Assembly: GCF_009914755.1 (NCBI RefSeq)
Contig: NC_060938.1
From: the human T2T-CHM13v2.0 reference genome, Homo sapiens
DNA: 64,000 bases
Reading direction: 5' to 3' (one strand)
How positions within the stretch are numbered: position 1 is the first letter of the stretch; every line of letters starts with the position of its first letter. The notes below the pieces were generated by a model. It ran no database searches. It had not been told where the DNA came from and worked only from the letters and a program-made list of their open reading frames with translations. This document shows, piece after piece, positions 44,471-63,971 of the stretch. A program made the translations under genes and the position numbers.

Positions 44471-45211
44471 GACTTTTTTCTTTCCCTAATTTACTGCAGA
44501 ACCCTTCACAGTGCTCATCAGATAGAAAGCACCCAATGGTACTCATTGATTAATGAGTACCATGAATTTAATCTTCAAGTGCAATTAGTTCAGTAATGTG
44601 AGTTACTTGGCCTACAGCTTATGGCCATTGCCAGCACAGCAATGAAGTATCTATGTATCAGGCTTTTTTCTCAAAGCGTGTCAAAACTGTAGTCTGTAAG
44701 TCAACTGTGATTACCGCATCCTGGGATTTTCTTGCACAAACCAGCTCACTAACAACCTACATCAATTGGAAGTCTTTCTACCAGAGGCAGAAATTAACCC
44801 ACAGGATCCTTTTTTGGGCATAGTTTTCCCTGTGAAGAGCCATCCTGCAAACCTCAGGTGTTTGGGAGCATATGAACTGATCCAACATCTCGTTGAAAAT
44901 CATTGAGCACTCACAATGCCAGCTTAATTGCAGGCTAAGGTGGTTTCTCCCCCATTTGTGTGTGAAGGGCTAGTACTGTACAGTGACTCGGAGGCAGCTG
45001 GGGCAGGAGCACTAAGGGTGAGTGATGACCATGGTAGCAAAGGGTCTGCACTGGGTTTACACGCGGGTACAGCAGCAGCTTTCTAATTGAACTTACTGTG
45101 CGGGCAAATTAATCACTGTGACAGATTCCCACTAATCTGCTTGATTGAACTGTCATTTCAGCAGGACCACTTTACTGTCTCTGTCGTGGGTACAGCCATG
45201 GTCCCCAAGTA

Positions 45212-45774
45212 CAGCAGGTCCTCAAATAACCTGAGGAAAAAAATTGTTTCTTGGCCAGGGCCACTGTCTATGTGGAGTTTGCATGTTCTTCCCAGTCTGT
45301 GTGGGTTTTCTCCCGCTACTCCAGTTTCCTCTCACATCCCAAAGACGTGCACATTAGGCTGATTGTTGTGTCCAAATGGTCCCAGTCTGGATGAGTGTGG
45401 GTGGGTGTGAGTGTGCCCTGCAATGAGATGGCATCCTGTCCGGGGCTGGTTCCCACCTGTGCCCTCAGCTGCTAGGATAGGCTCTGGCCACCCTTGACCC
45501 TGAACTGCAATAAGTGGGGAAATCATTATCTTATTTGTTTTTTATTAATCTTTCTTAAAATGTATGGCTAGCTCATGTTTATTCCAATGTTTAATGGCAG
45601 AAGTGTTTGGGGTCTTTATTTAGAAGTTTGGTGATGTTTTTTGTGACCAGAAATGTGCCTTAGGAACTTAACTCTTGTTTATAAATAGCCTATGGTAAAA
45701 TTGGTTTTGTTATATGTCATTTAGCTTAAAGTCACAGTTTCCAAGAACCTGTCAACTACATTAAGGACTTACCG
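45212..45774 (+). mobile_element. MER6A (TcMar-Tigger)
   Basis: TA-cagcaggtcctcaaataac...ttaaggacttaccg-TA; internal gtggagtttgcatgttct...cacatcccaaagacgtgc. Confidence 0.9.
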
Positions 45775-46249
45775 TACCACTTTTCCCAAAGGTAGACATG
45801 CTCATGAGTATCTGTACCACTGACAGCTGGCCATCTGCTGTAATGTATATTGCATATGTATTTCTGATCAACACAATGAGCATATGCCTGTGTCTCCCTT
45901 TCCCAAAAAGAGTATTGCGTATTAATAGCTTTGAAGGAAGAACTGTTAGTTGAAAAAGGCTAAGAGGATTAAAAAAAACACCCCAACTCAGAAATCCAAT
46001 TCAGCAAATATTAAATGCCTAATATGGGCCAGGCACAGAAATACATGCTGAAGATAAAGGTTTGTAAAGGACAGATGTGAATGCTTTACTCACAAAGTTT
46101 ATATTCAGCTTACCAAGGTGTGCTTTCTCTCTTCCGGTTTTTCTTCTATTCTCTCCTAGGACTAAAATTTAGGGAAGGGAACTTTCAAAGAATAGAGTAG
46201 GTCCTAAATGGGGAGGCAGTATTTGCCCACTGCTTCAGCCTACCCATTT

Positions 46250-46487
46250 TAGACTCAAGCAGGTGTGAATTTGAAATGTGACTCCCTCATTTACAAGCTC
46301 TGTCATCTTAGTCAAGAATATTAAGCCCTCTGAATTTTAGACTTTTAATAAATAAAGATTATGATGCTAATTTAAGAATAGTTCAAAGAATAGAAGTGGG
46401 GATTATACAGGAGTATAGAAATAAAATGCTTAGTCCAGTGTGTCTAGCATGTATAGTAAGTATTCAATAAATGTTAGTGATTATTAG
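46250..46487 (+). mobile_element. MIR SINE
   Basis: agctctgtcatcttagtcaag...aaaatgcttag...tagtaagtattcaataaatgttag. Confidence 0.7.
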
Positions 46488-47120
46488 GTTCAAATGGCAC
46501 AGTAAGGGCATTTATGCCAAAGGGGGTGCAAAATGCCTTTCCTGATGCTATCTGCTGCCTCTGTGTTGCATGGCACAATCTTTTTCCTTGAGCGTTCCCT
46601 ACTGTGTAGGCTGTGAATCATGTACAGGCAATGATTGCAGAAAATAGGTGTGAAGAATTCAATATTTATGCTATTTAACTAACAGCCTCCTCTTCTGAAG
46701 CACTTTAGCTATCACACAGTTTGATTCAAAAATAATTGATGGGAGTGAAGAGTCAAATGATTCTTTCTTTTCATCCTTAATTAAATATTAAAGACAAAGC
46801 CTGACTGATGGCAAGAGATGGCTGCTTTTGGCCTGGACTTCAATGTTAAGGAGAAAAAATATCACAAAGAAAAAAAAATCGAAGGTTTGAAAAATGGTGC
46901 CAATGAGGAATTTGAGCCTGCATTTCAAAGGTCTATGAACAGCCAAGTCTCATTGATTTATTGGGTGGAAAAGTGTAACTTTTAATTTACTTTTTATCTT
47001 GGTGAATAAACCTGTATAAATTTGGAATTATTGCAATTTCTTTGTAAATAGCTTTATTGAGGCATAATTGACATACAAAAAACTGCACACATAAAAATTG
47101 CACAATTTGGTAAGTTTAGG

Positions 47121-47133
47121 CATATATATATAC

Positions 47134-47166
<33 letters not shown>

Positions 47167-47172
47167 TATGTA
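47121..47172. repeat. (TA)n microsatellite
   Basis: Read directly from the sequence. Confidence 0.9.
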
Positions 47173-48168
47173 CACCCTTGCAACTGTCATCGCACAGAAG
47201 ATTCGAAACACATATAGCATGAGAAAATACTTCTTCCTGCCCCTTAGTAATCCTGCCCTTCCTTCTCTGTCCCTCATCTTTAAATACCTGCTAACCTACT
47301 CTCTGACAGATTAGTTTGTGTTTTTTAGAATTTTATATAAATAAAATCAATGTGGGTGACTGGCTTTTAAAAATTCAACATAATTACTTTGAGAATTACA
47401 CGTGTGTATTGATATTTTCTTTTCATTGCTACATAAAATTCCTTGTGTGGATGTGCTACAAATTACCTGTGAGTAGCTCCCTATTGATGGATATTTGTTT
47501 CCAGTTTCTGACTGTTACAAATAAAGCTTCTCTGAATATGCATATACAAGTGATAAAATATAACTATGTTTTCACTTCTATTAGGCAAATTCTTAGGAGT
47601 GGAATGGCTATTTGATATGGCAGGTGGCTGTTTAACTTTATAAGAAACAGCCAAATTATTTTCCAAATTGAAAGTATCATTTTACGTCTGAACCAGCAGT
47701 GTATAAGAATTCTAGTTCCTCCACATCCTTGTCAAACTTGTATGATCAGTATTCTCAGTTTTAGCTATTCTAATAGGTGTGTAGTGGTATCTCATTGTGG
47801 TTTCAATTAGCATTTTCCTATTGCTAAAGATATTGAGCTTAGTAGCAATTCATCCAATCTTCTTTGCTGAAGTATGCAATCATATATTTTGCTCATAATT
47901 TTATTGGCTTGTTTGTTTTCTTATCTTTGAGTTTTTAGCGTTTTTAAAAAAATATATTTTGGGTACAAGTTCTTTGTGATTTCTAAGTATTACCTCCCTG
48001 TCAGTGGATTCTTTTCATTCTCTTAAAGTCATTTCTCACAGAGCAATTTTTTTTTAGGTTTAATAAAGTCCAATCATTTGATTTTTAAAAATGTGAATTA
48101 TGCTTTTGTTGCTGTATCTAAAAACTCATCACTAAACACAAAGTCACAGGTTTTCTCCTATGTTTTTA

Positions 48169-48567
<399 letters not shown>

Positions 48568-49241
48568 TTATGTCTAATTGTTGGAACACAGTTTGAAAAA
48601 ATGATCTTTAATCTTTTCAGTTAAGGCTATCCTTAATTGAATTGCCTTTGCACCTTTGTCAGCTGTCAATATGTTGATGATACTTGTGTGACTCTATTTC
48701 CAGGCTCTCTATTCTTTTCCATTGGTGTATTTTTCTAACTTTTCACCAACAACACTCTCTCTTGACTATTGCAAGCTCTTTGTATTAAGTTTTGAAATTG
48801 GAGATGGTGAGTCCTCTCATGTTGTTCTTATCTTTATTTCAGAATTGAATTGGCTATTCTAGTTCATTTGCTTTTTCAAATAGATTTTAGAATTAGCCTG
48901 TTGATACCTACAAATAAGCTTGGAGGAATTTTAATCAGTATTGCAATAAATATTTTCTTAAATTGGAGAGAGGTCACATTAATACTATTGAGCCGTCTAA
49001 ACCAAGAATATGGCATATATCTCCATTTCTTTGAAAGACATTTCTTTAATCAGTGTTTTGTAATATTCAACATAATTATTGACATGTTTTATTAGATTTA
49101 TACCTAAGTACTTTGTTTTATTTGGTGCTTTTATTGCTGAACATTAACTTATATCCATTTTGTGTTTTTTATATTTAAAGTTCATTCGAGTGTTTCATTG
49201 CAACTATAGAGGGATGTGATGGGCTTTTGTATATCAGCCTT

Positions 49242-51582
49242 TGATATGGTTTGGTTCTCTGTTCCCACCCAAATCTCATCTCGAATTGTAATCCCTGGGA
49301 GGTGAGTGGATCATGGGTGCAGTTTCCCCCATGCTGTTCTTGTGGTAGTGAGGGAGATCTCATGAGATCTGTTGGTTTAAATGTGACAGTTTCCCCTGCA
49401 TGCTCTCTCTCTCTGTTGCCACCGTGAGAAGATGTGTCTTGCTCCACCTTCATCTTCTACCTTGATTGTAAGTTTCCTGAGGCCTCCCCAGCCATGCAGA
49501 ACTCTGAGTCAATTAAACCTCTTTCCTTTATAAATTACCCAGTCTCAGGTATTTCTTTATAGCACTTTGAAAACAGAGAATTGGTACCAGTAGAGTGGGG
49601 TACTGCTATGAAGATAATCTGCAAATGTGGAAGTGACTTTGGAACTGGGTACCAGGCAGAGATTGGAACAGTTTGGAGGGCTCAGAAGAAGACAGGAAGA
49701 TGTGGGAAAATCTGGGACTTCCCAGAGACTTGTTGAATGGTTTTGACCAACATGCTGATAATGATATGGACAATGAAGTCTGGTCTAAGGTGGTCTCAGA
49801 TGGAGATGAGGAACTTACTGGGAACTGCAGTAAAGGTCTCTGATGCTATGTTTCAGCAAAGAGACGGGCAGCATTTTGCCCCTGCCCTAGAGATCTGTGG
49901 AACTTTGAACTTGAGATAGATGATTTGGGATACCTGGCAGAAGAAATTTCTAAGCAGCAAAGCCTTCAAGAAGTGACCTGGCTTTTCCTGAAAGTATACA
50001 GTTATATGTGCTCACAGAGAGATTATTTGAAATGGGAACTTATGTTTAAAGGGGAAGAAGAGTGTAAAAGTTTGGAAAATTTGCAGCCTGGCCATGTGCT
50101 GGAAAAGAAAAATCCATTTCCTGGCATGGAATTCAAGCCTGCTGAAGAAATTTGCATAAGTAAGGAGGAGCTGAATGTTAATCACCAAGACAATGGGGAC
50201 AATGTTTCCAGGGAATTTCAGAGATCTTCAAGGCAGCCCGTTCCATCATAGGCTTGGAGGCCTAGGAGAGAAAAATGGTTCCATGGGCTAGGGCCAGGGC
50301 CCAGCTGCTCTCTGCAGCCTCAGAACTTGGTGCCTTGCATCCCAGGCACTCCAGCTCCAGCCGTGGCTAAAAGGGGCCAATGTAGTTAAGGCTGTTGCTT
50401 CAGAGGGTGCAAGCCCCAAGATTGGCAGTTTCCACGTGGTGTTGGGCCTTCGTGTGCACAAAAGACAAGAATTGAGCTTTGGGAGCCTCTGCCTGGATTT
50501 CAGAGGATATATGGAAATGCCTGGATGCCCAGGCAGAAGTCTGCTGCAGGGGTGGAGCCCTCAGAGAAAACCTCTAATAGTACAATGTGGGGTTGGAGCC
50601 CCCACACAGAGTCCTCACTAGGGCACTGCCTAGTGGAGCGTGAGAAGAGGACCATCATCCCCAAGACCGCAGAATGGTAGATCCATCAACAGCTTGCACC
50701 ATGTGCCTGGAAAAGTCACAGGCAATGCCAGCCTGTGAAAGCAGCTGCCATGGCTGTACCCTGCAGTGCCACAAGGGTGGAGCTGTGCAAGGCCTTGGGA
50801 GCTTACCCCTTGCATCAGCATACTCTTCATGTGAGATATGAAGTAAAAGGAGATCGTTTTATAGCTTCAGATTTAATGAGTGCCTTGCTGGGTTTTGGAC
50901 TTGCATGGGGCCTGTGTCCCCTTTGTTTTGGTCAATTTCTCCCATTTGGAACAGGAGCATTTACCCAATACCTGTACTCCCATTGTATCTTGGCAGTGAC
51001 TACCTTGTTTTTTTATTTTATAGGCTCATAGGTGGAAGCGACAAGTGACTATTTGCTTTGTCTCAGATGAGACTCTGGACTTGGATTTTTGGCTTATTGC
51101 TGGAATGAGTTAAGACTTTGTGGGGGACTGTTGGGAAGGCATGATTGGTTTTGGAATGTGAAAAGGACATGAGATTTGGGAGGGGCCAGGGGAAGAATAA
51201 TATGGTTTGGCTCTGTGTCCCCACCCAAATCTCATCTTGAATGGTAATCCCCATATGTCGAAGGAGGGACCTGGTGGAAGGTGATTGGATCATGGGAGCA
51301 GTTTCCCCCATGCTGTTTTCATGATAGTGAGAGCTCATGAGATGTGATGGCTTAAATGTGGCATTTTCCCCTGTGCTGTCTCTCCTGCCCCATGAGAAGA
51401 CATGCCTTGCTTCCCCTTTATCTTCTGCCATGATTATAAATTTCCTGAGGCCTCCCTAGCCATATAGAACTGAGTCAATTAAAACTCTTTCCATTATAAA
51501 CTACCCATTCTCAGATATTTCTTTATAGCAGTGTAAAAATAGACTATTTTATAGTCTTTTTATAGCAGCATGAAAATAGAAA
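49242..51582 (+). mobile_element. Full-length THE1 (C/D-like) MaLR: LTR 49242-49575, internal 49576-51197, LTR 51198-51582
   Basis: Two LTRs starting t(g/a)atatggtttgg; internal starts gagaattggtaccag; purine tract before 3' LTR; 5-bp TSD gcctt/acctt; MaLR ORF remnant GYLAEEISKQQS. Confidence 0.93.
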
Positions 51583-52907
51583 ACCTTGTTTCCTGTTTGC
51601 TTGCCAAACTCACTTACTAGCTCTAGAAGTTTTCTTATAGATTCTTTCAGATTTTCTGAGTAGAAAATAACATTGTCTGTAAATACTCTAATTTTTTTCT
51701 TTCTAATCTGTGTGCCTTCTGTTTGTTTATTTTTGTCTTGTTACTTGAGGTAGAACTTCTAATACGGTTTTGGAGAGAATTGGTGACAACAAACATACTT
51801 GTCTTTTCCTAATCTTAGAGGGTAAACATTCAGTATAATCCTTTCTTTATGCTTTTCACTGTTATTCTTTGTTAGGCTAAAAATTTATTTTTGTATTTCT
51901 AATTTGCCAAGAGATTTGATAAAAAAAAATTGAATTTTGGAAAATGGGTTTGCTGCATCCACCAATGCAATTATTTGGTTTTTCTTATGTAGTGTGTTAA
52001 TTTAGTGTATAACTTTGGTTGAATTTGGAAAAATGGTCCAAACTTGTATTCCTGAGAGGAACCTCAATTGATCATGATGAACCATCCTTTTTATATATTG
52101 TTATATTTGATTTGCTAATATTTTGTTGAGCATTGTCATATGTGTGATCATGAGAGATATTCGTTGATAGCTTTATGTTCTTGTAATGTATTTGATTTTC
52201 ATGTTGGAGGAATACTGGCCTAGTAAAATGAGTTAGAGAGTGTTATCTCTTCTTCTATTTTCTAGAATAGGTTAATAGAATTTTAGATATTTCTTGCTTA
52301 TATGTTTTACAGATTTTATCAATGAAACCAACTGTGCCTGTAGTTTTCTTCTTTGGAAGATAATATAACTACAAATTTGATTTCTCTATGATCATATAGG
52401 TTATTTATTCTCCAGTGAATTATGATAGAATAGTAATGGTTTATGTTATCTAAATTATTGAATACAGTTATTTAATAACTGCATTCAATTTATTGATCTA
52501 AATTATTGGATATAATTATTTGAAATATTCTCTTATTATCCTTTTAATTTCTATGGGCTCAATCATAATGTCTCCTCTTTTATTCCTGATACAGATAATT
52601 TTTTCTTGGTTAGCCTGGCTAGAGGTTTATCAATTTTATTGAAGTTTTCAAAGAACCAGCTTTAGTTTCATTGGTTTTCTGTATTGGTTTTCCAGTTTTT
52701 ACTTTATTGACATCTTTTCCACTTTTCATTATTTCCTTTCTTCTACTTGCTTTGGGTTTAATTTTTTCTTATTTTTCTCATTTCTTGAAGTATAAGCTTA
52801 GGTTACTGATTTTAGATTTTCTTTCTTTTTGAATATATATATTTGATGGTATGAATTTTCCTCTAAGCATTGTCTCAGATGCACCACAAAAATGTTGACA
52901 TGTTGTA

Positions 52908-54090
<1,183 letters not shown>

Positions 54091-55065
54091 AGAAGATGAA
54101 AAAGCATTGAAAAAAATTTCATATGTTTTATATTTATTTTCGTTCATATCAAAATATTTTTTAAAATGTCCTTGAGTCTTCTGCTTTGAACCATGAGTTT
54201 TCTATAAATGCGTTAGTTTCCAAGTATTTCAGGATTTTTTAGGTACTTTTCTATTATAGGTGTCTTGTTTAACTTTACTATGGAATATGTATTCTTTCCT
54301 TGTTGTATCCAGCTTTCTATTAATGTTCATTAGGTCTATTTGGGTGATAATTTTCCTACGTCTTTTCTACTTTAATAATTTTATTTATATTATCAGTTAC
54401 TAAGACAAAAGTTTTACATGTATAATTATGGATTTGTCTATCCTTTAATCGTCTATGCTTCATTTATTTAGTTCTTTTGTGAATATATATGTTTAAATAT
54501 ATGTACACATTTATATAGGGTATGTTCCATATTATATATTTATATTTTTTTCTTCAATTTAGTATGTGTCATGGCCACTCCAGCTTTCATTTTTATAGTG
54601 TTGGAATAACATACTTTTCCATTTCTGCACTTTTAACCTATTTATATGGAGAGAATATAATGGATATTGCTTTTTTAATACAATGTGACAATCTGTCTTT
54701 TTCCAGTTTAGAAAACTTATATTCCATCAAATTGCTAATATTGTTGAATTACACTATGTTACTAGTTGTTCTTTCTTTCATCTTTTCTTTATTACTTTCT
54801 TTTTTATCTGCCTGATTTTAAATAAGTTGTATGTTATGATTATTCCACTTATCTTTTCTACTGGCTTTTCATTATTTATACCTCTTGAAAAATAAGTTTA
54901 GCAATTATATGGCTTACAATACAAATCTTTCGTATTACAGTTTGCCTTTAAATAAGATTACACATCTTTATATTTAATGGAAAAACCTACAAAAATGTAC
55001 TCTCAGTTTAGTTATACTCTTCTTTTTGGCATTGCTGTTAATAAAGTGGTCATACGTGCTAATTA

Positions 55066-57100
55066 GTTTCTGATTGTTTTGTGTATCCTTTGTTCGTTTT
55101 CTTTTCTTATTATTTATCTATGCAATTTGGTGATTTTCTGCAGTCATAATGTTTGATTTCTTTCTCTTTCTCATTTGTGTATATGCTCTATCAGTGAGTT
55201 TTATACTTCCCTGTGTTTTTATGACAATAGATATTGTTCTTTAGCATCCAGAAGTAGGACCCCCTTAAGCATTTCTGTAGAATTGGTCTAATGGTGATGA
55301 ATGTCCTCAGTTTTTGCTTGTCTGGGAAAGACTTTATTTCTTCTTCATTTCTGAAGGATATCTTTGCTAGGTGTAGTATTCTTGGATAGCATTTTTTTTC
55401 TTTTAACATTTTGAATATATCATCTCACTCTTTTCTGGCCTGTAAAGTTTCTGCTGAGAAATCTGATGTTAGTATAATGGAATTTTCTTAATATGTGACT
55501 TGATACTTTTCTCTTGCTGTTTTTAGAATTCTCTCTTTGTCTTTAACTATTGACAGTCTAACTATAAGTTCCTTGGATAAGACCTTTTTGAGTTGAATCT
55601 ATGTGGCAATGTTTGAGCTTTCTGCATCTGAATGTCGATATCTCTTCCAAAACTTGGAAGGTTTCCCGCAGTAATTTCATTAAATAGGTTTTCTATGACT
55701 TTTCCTATCTCTTATCCTTCTGGGACTCCCAAAATTCAAATATCGGTTTGTTTGATGGTGCCCCATATGTCTTTTAGGCTTTCTTCATTCTTTTTTACTT
55801 TTTTTTCTGACTGAGTGATTTAAAAAAAACTATTTTTTGAAATTCAGAATTTTTCTTTTGCTTGATCTAATAGATTGTTGAAACTCTCAATTGTATATTT
55901 CATTCTTTGGAATTGTTCAGTTTCAGCCTATTTGTTCAGGTTTTTTTCCCTTATAATTTTCATCTCTTTGTTGAATTTCTCATTCAAATCATGAATTGTT
56001 TTCCTGATATTTTTTACAGAACACTGTCTATCCGTGCTCTCTTGTATATTGCTGAGTCTCCCTAAGGTCATTATTTTGAATTCCTTTTCAGGCATTTCAT
56101 AGATTTTCTTTGCTTTGGGATCTGTTATTGGAGAATTATTGTTTTCCTTTGGAAGTGTCATGTTTTCTTGCTTTTTATGTTTCTTGTGTCCTTACATTAA
56201 TATATGCACATCTGGTATAACAGTTGCTTTTTCCAATTTTATGAAATAGCTTACATTGGGACTTTTTCTGTAGGTGTATCTATAACGTTGGTTGGGTAGG
56301 GTACTTTAGTTCTAGATAGGCACTATAGTGTAGTTTCTGTATAATGTAGTCAGCTTCTTGGGCTGTAATCAATGTCAGCAAAATCTGTGAGTTCCTCAGT
56401 GGCTTAGGTGGTGATTGTTTATGGACACTATAGTGAGGCTTTGGTGAGAACTGGGGTGCCAGGTGGGTCAGTCCTCAAGCCCCTGGGTGGCATACATGGG
56501 CACAGGCTGTGACAGCAGTGAGCCTTGGTGGGTTGGTCCTTGTACCTCTAGGTGGGATGTGTGGGCATTGTTGTTAGTGGTTGCTGGCCAGATGGGCATG
56601 TCCTTCAGCCCCTGGGCACCACATGCAGGCATCAGTTGTTGTGGTGGCCTTGGGTGGGCCAATGCTGGGGCCCCCAAGCAGTGCACATGAGCACTGGCAG
56701 CAGTAGGCCTGGAAGGACGGTCCTCAGGACCCTGGGTAGCACATGGGTATCTGTGGTGGTAGAAGCAGCCCAGGTGGGCCAGGTTTTTGGTCCCTGATGG
56801 TGTGTATGAATGTGCCATGGCCCTTCTGTTAGAGGGGGTGGGGTCACTTTTGGTGGTGGTGGAGCCAGTTAGGCAGCTCTCATGCTCTGGGAAGAGCACA
56901 CTTTGGCTTTTTGTGTGCTGGGGGCAGCCTCTCTGATGCATTTGATGTACTATTCCCCAGGCTATAGGACATTGTAGGGTTTGGATGCTAGAGATGTGGC
57001 TGCACTGCTGGGTCCAGCTGATGTCGCAGTGCTGCAACCCTCTGAATGGATATTGGGAGATGACAGCAGGGTTCCAGGAATGTGGAGATGCAGAGATTAT
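55066..57100 (-). mobile_element. L1M (MA/MB-era) ORF1 plus part of the 5' UTR
   Basis: ORF1p remnants 55191-55409 (YPRILHLAKISFRNEEEIKSFPDKQKLR) and 55928-56161 (IYEMPEKEFKIM); GC-rich subrepeated UTR 56450-56830. Confidence 0.85.
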
Positions 57101-57152
57101 CTAATTATATTTTAAAACACTTAAAAATGAAAACATAATATATTTTAATATT

Positions 57153-57196
57153 ACTTTTATTTTAAACATTGTTGAACTTTTATTTTAAACATTGTT
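57153..57196. repeat. 23-bp period tandem duplication of acttttattttaaacattgtt
   Basis: Read directly from the sequence. Confidence 0.85.
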
Positions 57197-57328
57197 TTAT
57201 TTTTTATAGATCCAAACTTCTGCCCCATTTAATTTTCCTTCTGGATGACAAATTTTCACTAATATCTTAAAGCATAAATTTCAAAACATAAATCTCAGAG
57301 GTTGAAAATCTCCTTTCTTTAATTTTCT

Positions 57329-57638
<310 letters not shown>

Positions 57639-57718
57639 CTTTCTTTAATTTTCTAAAACAATTTTTTGTAGTCATTTCTGAAAGATATTTTCACCAGTTA
57701 TAGAATTCTTTGCGTATA

Positions 57719-57956
57719 CAGTTGTACCTCAATATACACATGGGATTGGTTCCAGAACTTCCCGGGTACCAAAATCTGTGTATACTCAAGTCTTGCATTT
57801 GATCCTGCAGAATGCATGTATACAAAAATTTGGCCCTTCACATACGTAGATTTTGTATCTCATGAACACTGTATTTTTGATTTGGATTTGGTTAAAAATC
57901 ATCTGCACATAAGAAGATCCAGGCAACTTAAATCCGTGTTGTTCAAGAATCAACTG
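57719..57956 (+). mobile_element. MER8 (TcMar-Tigger)
   Basis: cagttgtacctc...ggattggttccagaac...gtgttgttcaagaatcaactg. Confidence 0.85.
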
Positions 57957-58606
57957 TGGTTTTCTTCAAGTACCCTAAGGAAATCTCTCCTTTGTCTTCT
58001 GGCTTGCATGGTTTCTGACAAATATGCATAATTATAAATTGTATTCCTTCTCACATGTATTTTCGCCTCTGTCTTCAAGATTTTCTCTGTAGCTTTGGTT
58101 TTAATGGTTTTAATATGATATGTCTAAGTGTGTTTCTTTAGGCTTCTATTGTTTCTCGCCTTCTGTGAGCTTTTTGGAGCTGTGGTTTTATGTCATTCAT
58201 TACTTTTCAAAAATTCTCTGTGATTTTTTTTCCTTCTATAATTCCTTCCTTTCTTCCTGACATTTCATTTACACGTGTTATTTTACACGATATTATCCCA
58301 CATCTTTGGATGATTTCTTCTTTTTAATTAACACTTTTTAAAATTGGTGTTTCAGTTTGAGTAGTTTGTACTGACCTATCTTAAAGTTCACAAATTCTTT
58401 CCTTGGCTCTGTCAATCCTACTGATGAGCCTAAGAAGGAGCTTTCTCAGTAACTATATCATCATCATTTCTATTCTACCCTTTTTTATGGTGTCAGCTTT
58501 TTGATAAAATTTTCCATTTGTTTATCCATTTTGTATACTCTTTCCACTAGAGTGTTTAGCATATTAATCATACTTATTTCAAACATACTATACTATAGTT
58601 CCATCA

Positions 58607-62816
<4,210 letters not shown>

Positions 62817-62827
62817 TAGTTCCATCA

Positions 62828-63965
62828 GTTGGGTCATCTCTGTCTTTTCCTGCAGATTACTTCAGTTTGTTTTCCTTTATCTCATTTGTAATTGAATTTG
62901 GATATCTGCATAGAAAGTAGTGATATAAAAAGCTTCACTTTTTTTTTTTCTGCTAGACCATTAGTGTTGGAGGTTGGGTTAGTCTTATCAGGCATGTAGG
63001 CATGTGTTATGCTTAGAATTTGTTTTTTATATTTTTTTTCAGTGCCTTACCAGGTTCAAATTCCACTAACGTTACTGTGTGCTTAGGGTGGGAGGTTGGG
63101 TGAAGAAGGTTTTTCTCAATGTTACTGTTCAACTCTCAGCTTTTAGCATTTCCTATGAAGATGCAACACAAAGGGACTCAGTCTCTATGCTTTTGTCCCT
63201 CTTCCATGTTAGACTGCTCTTGCTTATTACTTGATAATGGCTACTCTGGCAGTGTAGTAAGAGGATTCGGTTTTCTTTTTCAAGCTTCAGTCATAAGCAG
63301 GTCTTGTTTGCCTTTGTCTCAGGGACGGGACTTTCTCAGTGACCCTCTCCTGTTTTCTTTAGCCGTCAAACTCTGCCCCATGTCTTTGTTGTGTCTTGTA
63401 TGGGTAAGAATTTCCTATTCTTCCTCCAGTGTTAGGACATGTGTAATGTTATTGTTGTATTAATACAATCATGGGCATAGGATGACTTCTGGACCCTCTC
63501 TTAGTGGTAGTGTTTTCCCCCCTTAACCTTTCCTCACCTGTAATATATTCTGGAGTATATAGAGTTTGCTACTCTAACTTATGCTTTTTATTTGGTTTCA
63601 GGGAAAAAAAAATGACAGCATTTCAGACATTTCCCACAGTGGCTTCTACTGTCTCTCAGATTTCCTATGTGAACCCAGTGGATATATATGGGGGAAAAAA
63701 AGGCCTGAATACCTGCAACTGTCTTTTTTTTCATTAACTACCAGGGGTCCTGTATTCTCACACAAGCTTACACTCAGCCTTTAGCAATTTATTAACCTTT
63801 TTACCTGATTCTTCTTACCTGCTTGCATGACACCCAGAGCCTGCAGTGCTCAGCTACTGATAAGCCAGTGCTTACTCCACCTCTCTTCCCAGAGGAGCTC
63901 ATTTTTTCATAGTTTTTAGTCTAGTTTGTCATTTTTCAACTATAGTTCTCTGATGGATGTTTAAA
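62828..63965 (-). mobile_element. Ancient L1M(E) 5'-region fragments; host element continuing from about 57100-58600
   Basis: Decayed T-rich L1-like sequence resembling 40300-41500. Confidence 0.5.
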
Positions 63966-63971
63966 TTTTAT

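Noticed and set aside
46183-46400. ttcaaagaataga repeated about 200 bp apart
   Set aside because: Does not bracket the MIR as a TSD; plausible chance match in AT-rich DNA.
49925-50251. 108-aa ORF
   Set aside because: Fragment of the THE1 internal ORF, broken by stops and frameshifts.
56468-57037. 189-aa GC-rich ORF with repeats of about 60 bp that could suggest a spacer array
   Set aside because: Degenerate subrepeats of an L1 5' UTR; there is no identical repeat plus unique spacer structure and no cas genes.
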